Source: Octopus vulgaris
Taxonomy: Eukaryota
DNA length: 64,000 bases
Reading direction: 5' to 3'
Assembly: GCA_951406725.2 (NCBI GenBank)
Contig: OX597819.1
Location: forward strand, 104,160,001 to 104,224,000
Every line of letters begins with the position of its first letter. Position 1 is the first letter of the stretch. Of the stretch, positions 53,381 through 64,000 are shown piece by piece. The position numbers and the translations under genes are program-made. The notes below the pieces were generated by a model. The model saw only the letters and a list, made by a program, of their open reading frames with translations. It was not told where the DNA came from and did no database searches.

Positions 53381-54567
53381 CAGATCAGTGCTATTTAACA
53401 GTTTGTGCACAAACGCTATTGTATAGATATATATATATAAAAAAAAAGCAGTGCCTGTTTCTTTGCAGAACGTACTTTTGGTCTACGGAACTCTTACGGA
53501 CCCAGTACGCTTCTATGGCACCACTCTGCTCAACAGGTGATTAAACAAATATATAATGTATAATTTCTTATATTATCTGTTCTGTATTACATTACTTCTA
53601 TGGCACCATCCATCATATGTTATTTATTTATTATTCATTTATTTGTATGCAATGGACTGTATCAAATGTACGGAATATAGTAACTATACGGTACATACTG
53701 CAACACTGAAGTGCTCATTTACTCACTGAAAGGTGACATTTCCTTCTGTGAATCACATTTGACAAACCACATTTCAAATTTTTCTAGATGTTTCTTCATT
53801 TGCCATTTTGAGACCAGCCAGAAATAAATCAATTATATAAATGTTTCCCATGCACAGCATAGCGAGCGTGTTTACGGGCAATCTATACTAAAGAAGGATT
53901 CAGTATACACTGCATTGTCTAGGATAAGATACAAACAAAGATCCCAAGGAGAGAGGCTGACATTTTTTTCCCCGCTCTGCCACTTTCAGTTTCCGACCAT
54001 AATTACTAACACATCACCCATGATGGGATGAGAATCGGTGATAGATTTGTTCGAAAGACTGACGGCACATACAAATCTATGCCTCATCACACTGCGCCAA
54101 AGTCTATTTCCAAGCAAATATCAAAAGCTAGAGCTATTATGGTGAATAATTTAAGAGTAGCCCCACTGTTCAATATTGCAATTTTATAAACCACATCGGT
54201 GTTTTCCCATCGTCGAAGCCTTCCTAACTTCAAAGAAATTCTTCAGCTTTTCAGGCAAAATGTTTTCTGGAAAGAATGGTAGATGTTTGGTTCATGAAAG
54301 AAAATGGTTTTGCTCGAAGATCTAGCTAATAGTCGAACGCAACTCTATGATAACTAATGAAGTCTTTTATTATGATGAGATTGCCAAAAATTGTCTGTAG
54401 ACATGGCAACTACTGATGGATTCTCTGTAGAACTGGATGCAAATAATAAAACGACATTTTTCTCATGCTAATGTTTTTCTTTAATATTTTTTACTTCCCA
54501 CATTCTCTCGCTTTTCTCTCCTTTTCTTTCTAATGCTGATTCTTTTTTATTTTTTTTATTATCTCCC

Positions 54568-54618
<51 letters not shown>

Positions 54619-56490
54619 TTGTGTCTTACTTCTTTCTCCCTATCTTCCTCTACCTGTGTTTCACACCTTTGCTCCGTTTCTTTTTTTCCTCATTCTCAGA
54701 TTTTCTTAGTTCATCATCTCTTTCCAACTGATTTTCTGTCTGTCTCTGTCTGTCTGTCTCTGACAGTCTGTCTCTTCCCCTCTCTCTTCTTTATTTCTTT
54801 CTTTCACCCCAAAACATATATCTCGGTACTCACTCACCATACGACTTACCAACCCCTTTTATTCAATCTCTCTCTTTCTCTTTCCCTCACTCCAACTGCT
54901 TCTCCATCTACTTCACTGTCCACTACACATCTCCCCACCCACCCGCTATCTTGCCTGACATGGCTGAACAAAACAACAAAACAAATTCGTGAGAAAGCCG
55001 CATTGCTAAGATGAAAACTAATTAACTGTTGGTGTTGGGGTAATGGATATTGTGTCTGGGTAATCAACAACGGTGGTGGTGGTGGTTGTAGTGTTGTTGT
55101 TGCTGATAAGGGTGGGAGTAGTATTTATAATAGTGGTAGTATGGCGGTAGTGGTGATGGTGTCGATGTTGGTGTTAGTGGGAGTAGAGTTGATGGTGATG
55201 GTAGGAGTAGTGGTGAAAATGGAGGTGGTCTTTGTAGGGGTGCTGGTATTGGTGCCGGCTGTAGTGGTGATGGTAGTGGTGGGAGGAAGGGGGTATTAGT
55301 GGTGGTAACTGCTGTAGTGGTGGTGATGGTTATGTTGGTGGCTAGGGATGTGATGTTATTGTGGCGGTGGCGGCAGTAGTAGTAGTGGTGGTGGTGATGG
55401 CGGTAGTGGTGGATATGGTGGTTGTCATTGTGGTGGTCATGTTAGTTGTTGTCGCTTTTTAACTCCAAGCCATTTTGCTCAAATGATGAAAGGCATGCCA
55501 ACTATGACCATCCCGTTTTTACCTCTGTGTGCAACGAGGGAATCCAGTACCACATATTTCAACACGTGCTTTTCTAAGGTTGAAATTAGGGGGAAATTTG
55601 GTTGTCATTTCTAGAAGATCAAGCGAAGATGTAGTTGATGGTGGTGGTTGATGGTGTTGGTGGTGACAAAGATGATGGTAGTGTTGGGGCTGGCGCTTGT
55701 GGTGGTAGTTGTAATGGTGGTGGTCGACGGTTTTACTGTTGTTGGTGGTAGTGGTTATAGTGTTGATGGCACTACAGTAGTGGTGATGGAGGAGGTAGTA
55801 GTTGTGTTCGCAGTGGTGGTAATGGTGGTTATGTTATTAGTGGTGTTGATGTTGATGGTGATGGTGGTGATGGTGATGGAGGTGACGTTGGTGGTGGTGT
55901 TTATGCTGGTGGTGTTGCTTGTGGTGGTAGTGTTCGTGATGGTGGTGTTGGTGATGGTGGTGATGGTGATGATGGTGTTGATGATGGTGGTGATGGTGAT
56001 GATGGTGACGTTAGTGGTGGTGTTTATGCTGGCGGTGATGTTGGTGGTGGTAGTGTTGGTGATATGGTGTTGGTGATGGTAGTGTTGGTGATGGTGTTGG
56101 TGATGTTTATTACGCTGGTGGTAATGTTGGTGGTGGTAGTGTTGATACTTTGGCAAGTAAGGAATCTACCCCTATTGAGCAGGGAAAGAAGGGACCTGCT
56201 ATAACTTCAGCCATACCTACTTATACCGCATATCATCACAATGTGTGCACGTGTGCGTCCGTATGTGTTTATGTGTATATGCATATGTGTGTGTGTGTGC
56301 ATACATGTGTGTGTAAGTGTTTATGCATACACGTGTGTGTGTGAATTCTTATATCTGTATATATTTATACGACTGTTTGTGTGTGCATGCGTGTGCTTGT
56401 GTCTGCGTGCTTATATCTAGGTGCATGCGTATGTGTACATATGTGTACTTATGTGTACATATTTATATCTATATGTGTGTCTGTGTTTCT

Positions 56491-56718
56491 TATTTCTTTA
56501 CTATCCACAAGGGACTACACACAGAGGGGACAAACAAGGACAGACAAACGGATTAAGTCGATTATATCGACCCTAGTGCGTAACTGGTACTTATTTAATC
56601 GACTCCGAAAGGATGAAAGGCAAAGTCGACCTCGGCGGAATTAGAACTCAAAACGTAACGGCAGACGAAATACCGCTAAGCATTTCGCCCGCCGTGCTAA
56701 CGTTTTTGCTAGCTCGCT
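56491..56718 (-). mobile_element. SINE family B monomer
   Basis: Closely matches 11402-11621. Confidence 0.85.
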
Positions 56719-57309
56719 GTGTGTCTGTATTTCTTTGCCTATGTACATCTGTGTGAATGCATATGTGCATGTAAAGTGTATATATAAATATATATGTGTG
56801 TATGTATGTTTGTGTACGTGTTTGTATGTGTGTGTGCGTGTGTGCGTGCTTGACTATGTGTGGGCGTATATATATATATGTTCATGTCTATACGTGTATT
56901 ATGTGTGAAACCTTGTGTTTACATCGGTCTATATGTAAGTCTGTGAATGTTTATGTGTATATATATGTGTATATATATGTGTATTGACCTTTGTGTATGC
57001 ATATGATTTGTTTATGTGTATACGTGTGTGTGAGTGTGTTTAACTATATATATGAGTATAAGAATGCGCGGGCGTATATGTGTGTGCATGCACATGTGAG
57101 CCTGCATTTACGTGTGTATGGGGGTATGAATATATGTGAATATGTATGCACGTATATCCAGGTAAATATGTGTGTCTTTATGCTAGTATAATTGTCTACC
57201 TATACTTACATGAATGCATGCGAGTCCTTCTTTGAATCTCTCTCTCTTTCTCTCTCTCCCACTTTCACCATATATATATTTTGTATGAAGGTGTTTGTCG
57301 GTATGAACG

Positions 57310-57670
<361 letters not shown>

Positions 57671-58274
57671 CTGTGTATTTCTATTTATGTGTAATGAAAA
57701 GGGGCAAAAACAAAGAAAATATCCAAAAAGATGAAAATGAAAACACATTCACACACGTACAAAAACCAAAACAAAATGTCTACCTTCTCTTTCCGTCTAA
57801 TTTACTTCTTTCACCCATTCACTCACCTCTGGAAGCTTCTATAAATAATTCTTATTATATTACAACCTGATTGTTTCTTTACTTATTTTGTTTTATATTT
57901 TACTATATTTTTCTTATTGATTACTATTTTCTGTTGCATTCTATTTATTTATTTTTCATCACATACACACGCACACACACATGCACACACGTACACACAC
58001 ACACACACACACACACGAGAATTGTTTTTATCTTTTCCAGTGTTCCTTTCTTTTTCGGTTCTGTTGCTCCTTCTCCCGCCCGTTTTTTGATTCCGTGGGT
58101 AGGAGCGAAATTGGTTAATATTTATTTTCGGTTAAATAACTAATGGTATCAAGCGAAATCACGCTATGTGATACGGGTCTTGTTCAACACAAAGCTTTCA
58201 CCAATAGTTGTTGACGTTGACCTACACTTTGCATGATAAAAAAAGTAAACAATATTATTAAAAACAAACAAAAA

Positions 58275-58681
58275 GGTGCAGGAGTGGCTGTGTGGTAAGA
58301 AGCTTGCTAACCAACCACATGGTTCCGGGTTCAGTCCCACTGCGTGGCATCTTGGGCAAGTGTCTTCTGCTATAGCCCCAGACCGACCAATGCCTTGTGA
58401 GTGGATTTGGTTGACGAAAACTGAAAGAAGCCTGTCGTATATATGTATATATATATGTATGTGTGTGTGTGTGTTTGTGTGTTTGTCCCCCTAGCATTGC
58501 TTGACAACCGATGCTGGTGTGTTTACGTCCCCGTCACTTAGCGGTTCGGCAAAAGAGACCGATAGAATAAGTACTGGGGTTACAAAGTATAAGTCCCGGG
58601 GTCGATTTCCTCGACTAAAGGCGGTGCTCCAGCATGGCCGCAGTCAAATGACTGAAACAAGTAAAAGAGTAAAAGAGTAAA
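58275..58681 (+). mobile_element. tRNA-derived SINE family A, intact
   Basis: TGGCTGTGTGG A box, GGTTCAGTCCC B box, CTTGGGCAAG CORE-like motif, internal (TA)/(TG) tract, stem-loop tail and (GTAAAAGA)n. Confidence 0.9.
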
Positions 58682-59066
58682 AACAACAACGGATAAATTA
58701 TGTGAATCAACAAAGAAGTTTGTATGTAGTGGATCAATTTTCCAGAAAATAACAGCGAAATCTCCCTCAAATAAACTTACTGACTTAAAAATGGACACAG
58801 TTGGTTATGTAGTATTGGTTAGATACATTGTGTGAATATAAAAGTAACACGTGTTGGTTACAGATGGAAAGTCTTTGGTCACATGTCTGATAAATCAGAG
58901 CTGATTGAAACTAAAACACAACAGCAACTGGAACGATTACGATAATGGCAAAAGAGCTGCAACAACAACAACAACGGCAACCATATATCTATATATATAT
59001 GCATGTGTGTATATGTGTGTGACGTATATATATATATATATATATACACACACATACACAAATATA

Positions 59067-59132
<66 letters not shown>

Positions 59133-59145
59133 CGTATACTTATAC

Positions 59146-59335
59146 GCAGACGTGGTTGTGTGGTAAGCAGTTTGCTTACCAGCTACATGGTTTCAGGTTC
59201 AGTCTCACTGCGGGTCAACTTGGGCTGACCAAATCTTTGTGAATGGATTTGATAGACGGAAATTGAAAGAATATATGAATATATATTTATGTGTATGTGT
59301 TTGCGTTTGTGTCTGTATTTCACCATGGCTTGATA
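59146..59335 (+). mobile_element. Degenerate SINE family A copy
   Basis: GCAGACGTGGTTGTGTGGTAAG...GGTTCAGTCTCACTG...AGACGGAAATTGAAAGAA. Confidence 0.7.
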
Positions 59336-60191
59336 ACAGGAGTCAGCTATAACACGCCATGGAACTATTGAGAAAAATTTCAGTGGACTTTCGAATGGAA
59401 TAAACCCTGTATCCGTTCTACAATATAGGCGAGTTAAGAATCCCCGATTAGTTTATATGAAAGGCTGAAGAGCCTCTCAGTGCAAAGCAACTACGTCAAC
59501 AAGCTACGTTTGCTATGCATATATACCTTCATGCATCCATACATACTTACGTATGTACATGCATAGATAGAAATATTCACGCGTATATACATAGATACAG
59601 CGATACTTACGTACAAGCATACAAACATGGTGCAAAATAACTCGTGACTGAGTAAGACGACTTATTGAACTCAGTATATCTATGCAAAAGTTCCTGGAGT
59701 TCCAGATTATCGCGTATGAATTTGTTTTGGATGGATAAAACCTACTTTTAAGGCAATTACGTATAGAGTTAATAGCACAACAGAAGTTGAGACTAAAAGA
59801 AACCAACTGCATTTCAGACTTTTTATATGAGTTTATCTTCTTCTAGAAGAGAGTCCTATCAAGAATTAGGACGCCGCCACATCTTTTGTTTCACATGCTA
59901 GTTAATCTATAGTTTGGACCGTAACAGGTGCTGCCACTCCGGACTGTAGTAGACCTCTTAACAATAGAGGCTAAGAGATGGATCCACATTACTCAAAAGC
60001 CTAGAACTCCTGAACCAGGGTCCCACAGATGCAGTTTAAAGTCATACCCGAGACATGTGTATATACACAAACACATACACTTATGCATGTATTCACACAT
60101 ATATATATACTTATATATAAACGCATATACATATATAGATGTATATATAAATGTATGTATCTATGGTTCTCTATGCATATATATGTATAGT

Positions 60192-60520
60192 GAAGACGCC
60201 TGGCTGAGTGGTTACAGCGTCGAGCTTACGATCGTTAGGTTGTGAGTTCGATTCCTGGACCGGACTGTGTGTTGTGTTCTTGAGCAAGACACTTTATTTC
60301 ACATTGCTCCAGTTCACTCAGCTGTAGAAATGAGTTGCGACGTCAGTGGTGCAAGCTGTATCGATCCTTGAGTAACATCGGTGGCTTGGAGAAGGAAGGC
60401 TGGTATGCATGTGCGACTGGTGGTCTTCCATAAACAACCTTGCCCGGAATTGTGCCACGGAGGGTAACGTTTTAGGTGCAATCCCATGGTTATTCATGAC
60501 CGAAGGGGGTCACCCATATA
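60192..60520 (+). mobile_element. SINE family D, near complete
   Basis: TGGCTGAGTGG A box, GAGTTCGATTCC B box, TGTGTTCTTGAGCAAGACACTT. Confidence 0.8.
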
Positions 60521-60557
60521 TTAATATATGCATGTATCTATGTACACAGATTGTATG

Positions 60558-60589
<32 letters not shown>

Positions 60590-60789
60590 CTTGAACGTAC
60601 ATCCATACAAAAATGTATATATGTGTGTGTGTGTATGCTTACATATAATATATGCATTTTTGTATATAGTGGGGCGTACATGTATACAAGCATACATACG
60701 TTTGCACACATACCTATATATGAACGTATATACATATACTACTTCATTATATATAAGTATATACACATATTTACGCACACATATATCTG

Positions 60790-60863
<74 letters not shown>

Positions 60864-63144
60864 GATAGACGGTAAGGCTCCAGCACAATTTCACACTGTA
60901 CCCAACCGTTTTCCTAAACTTTTAATGGCATTTAAAACATGACAATATAAAACTATCCGCCTCAAAAAGAAATCTATTTATTTACTCAGCTATTAGCCCC
61001 CAAATCTTCTACGTTCATCTCCCGGGTGGGACCTAATGCCTTGTTTTCTAGACTCTTACTCTCACTCTGACCTTCGTACACTATACCCTTGATATTAACC
61101 TTGTTATTAAATTCAGAAAGTATACCTAAGGGGGAATACAGATCTGGAGCCCCTTCTCAAAGATGAAAAGACTTCTTAGTAGCACACAACTCCCAGCCCT
61201 CAAACCCCCAAGTATTTGTTAAGGGAGACGTGTTTGCCAGTGAAGCTTGTAGGTTAGTGTAGCGTCGGAGGTTAGGAAGAAACGATTTGTACGGCTTTAA
61301 TATATAACGTTTTATTTACTCTGTGAAAATAGTTTCGATTCTGTCAACAGTTGACAAATACGAGAAATATTCACAGACGAATTTTTTTCTGTATGAATGT
61401 GTAGGTGGGCGTGGGGGAGAATCGGTGTAGGTATGTGTGTGAGGTTGCTTGTGACATTGGAAATGTGTGTGTGTGTGTGTGTATGTTGATGAGTGTATGT
61501 ATGTGTGGAATTCGATAATTGTATAACTGTTTTTATGTGTCTATGCACACACACACACATCATTGTCTACGTGTATGTTTGTGTATTGTTGACACACACA
61601 TATATGGATGTGCGTGTGTGTGTGTGTATATATCTATCTATCTATCTATCTATCTATTTATCTATTTATTTGTATATCTATCTGTTTATCTAGCTAGCTA
61701 GTTAACTACCTGCTTGTCTGCCTGTCTATCTATACATAAATACATACATGCATATATATGTATGTATATATAACGTATATATATATACGTATATATGTAT
61801 TCATATATTTATATACATATGTAAATATACGTGTTTTTTCGCGCATATATAGTGTGTTATATGCGTGGCGCATGTATATATGCATGTCTATCGGTCTGTA
61901 TGAATGCATGTTTGCATTTATATATGTATGCATAATGGTATGTAGATGTATATGCATATATGTATATGTGTATGCATATATGTAGCACTTTCCTTTTTGA
62001 GAGTCTACAATCATCCCAGAAACCAGGGGATTGATCCTTATCGAGAAACAACCAGAATTTAAATAAGAATACTATTTGTATTACATTTTGAAATTCAGAA
62101 AAGTCTTACATATTTTCATTGTTTCACTTACAATGTAAATGCGCAGAATATATATTAATTCCTTTTTTGCTTTTCCCTTCATTTTTTATAAACCTTTTTC
62201 TGAATCACTTAGAACACACCCAAGTACCCCAATGGTTATGCTTATACAGCTATAGAATTGATAAGAAATTAAATGTGATCGGGAGGGATCTGTAATGATA
62301 TAAAAGTTCTGTGAAGGTGAGAGTCACAGGATCATTCTGGAGCTGTGCTTTGTTGTGGGTTCAGAAGTAAAAGCAATGGGATTGGTAGTGCATGTGACAG
62401 TAAAGACAATGTGAGGGTATTCGGCTTGGAGAAAATTGGAATAAAAGATCAGCTGGGGTGAAAAAAAAAGGGCAGTTTGGTGCTCTCAATGACGTTTCTA
62501 TTGAGGCCCCGGAAGTAGCTGAAAAGATCGCCTGATCGGCACTTCCAGAGGTCAATGATCTGGAACATCTTTCTTCCGGCCATAACCAGCAATGCTGCCG
62601 CAACACTATTATCTTACGATGGGTTGGTAGACAGTTGAGAGAAGAAAAAAATATTTAAAAAAAAGATAAAGGAAAAAGGCCCTAAACAGAAAATGTGTTC
62701 CTCTCCCAAAAGGGAAAGTAAGTAGATCGGATGTGGTGAAGTCTATCTTCTTGAAATATTTAATGTTTACTGTACTTTGTAACGCAAACAACCAATCGAT
62801 GGACAATCTGAATGATTACTCAGAAAATCTAGGAAGAAAACAAGTGCAGATTCGTGAGGTGTTGAGCTCCGATCATGTAAGCATGCAAAAGATAGACTGC
62901 CGGTAAATACTACTTTACAGGTTATGTACTTCGACCACTAGGAGGACATAGCTATTTTTCATTCACTCTATCAGCTTGTACCACGCTTTCGCTAATTGTT
63001 GTAGGTGCCTACGTAGTCACGAGCAGATATAATCAGTCTTTCAGTCATCCCACCACTTGAGCTGGCGGATCACTGAGAATGTGAATGCTCTTCCAACTGT
63101 CGGTTGGTGCTCATGTACAACTCAGTATACTGGTATAACATGAA

Positions 63145-63240
63145 ATGAAGTGGCTTGCTCAAGAACACAAGATATCACCTAGTCCAGAAATCAGACTTCA
63201 TGATCGCTAGCCCAACTTCATAACCATTTGCTCATACGCG
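63145..63240 (-). mobile_element. SINE family D head fragment
   Basis: Plus strand AAGTGGCTTGCTCAAGAACACAA...TAACCA. Confidence 0.55.
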
Positions 63241-64000
63241 TAGCCGTACTCTAGCCATAGATAAATGCGATCTTGTGTAATTGTCAGAAATTAAGAATCA
63301 TATCCTATATTATTGTTGGTCTTGATCGAAATTACATACGATTATAGCGGTATCTTTCCAAGCAGAGTTTACCCAGAATTAAATTATCCAATGTGTACAT
63401 ATGATGTGAAATTTGAGGGATATTTAGCTGCTAATTTCGTGGTAAAGATTATCAGAGATAAGTACGTTTAGTGGAATAAAGACTTCTACAATGTTAGCTG
63501 ATATTGAGAGAGAGAGAGAGAGAGAGTCCACTACTGGCGTTGCTACACCTTCACTGTTTGAAACCTCTGATACGTGGCATTTAGTGAATGAGGGAGTTTG
63601 AGGCTACTGCCGTCATCTGTCTCTTGCATACAACTTTATATCTATGCATGTATGAATGCATGAATGTATTTTTAAAAGTATTTTTGTATGTGTGCGTGTT
63701 CGTTTGTTTATATACATAGACATACACATGTACATACATAAATCCATCCATCCATCCATCTATACACACATTATTTAATAAACACAATATATGTTTTCAT
63801 GTGCTAGTATTAGTTTCATGCGAGGAAAGCATGCCAGACAATATTTTTAACACGTCTGGTGTCTCAGCGCAATTCCATGCTCTGCCCACATGGTATAATA
63901 AGCTAAAATAGGACGATAGGATGAGAGAAAAAGCGAGATATGACGAAAAAGAAGTAGATGTAAAAGATGGTAAGTTGAAAAACCGGAAAACGACCCCCAC

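Noticed and set aside
55648-56156. Hydrophobic poly-Val/Met membrane-protein-like ORF
   Set aside because: Degenerate (GGT/GAT)n repeat
58275-58345. tRNA gene
   Set aside because: A/B boxes belong to a SINE head that continues into body and tail; no complete cloverleaf
59460-59505. CTGAAGAGC...GTC hammerhead-like string
   Set aside because: GAAA core absent and stems I/III do not pair

Overview
Eukaryotic, AT-rich, microsatellite-saturated non-coding DNA. The SINE sequences and repeat landscape resemble octopod cephalopod genomes (inference, not checked by search). No host protein-coding or structural RNA gene is supported, and almost all long ORFs in the track are translated simple repeats. 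The informative content is mobile DNA: a CR1-like LINE, R4/Dong-type and L1/Tx1-type LINE fragments, two mariners, a Helentron-associated element, a hAT MITE and several SINE or short-element families. Three observations stand out. (1) A 2.2-kb ORF1/Gag-only retroelement with no RT, a 15-bp TSD and an internal Inr/DPE-like promoter, inserted in the tRNA head of a SINE (29765-31959). (2) Small non-coding hammerhead-ribozyme elements ending in (TA)n: a fully canonical type I hammerhead at 17731-17825 (minus strand) inside a long inverted repeat, and a ~496-nt tandem unit with an atypical core at 32096-32894. (3) A SINE/LINE pair sharing a 3' stem-loop with compensatory changes. All alignments and folds were done by eye.
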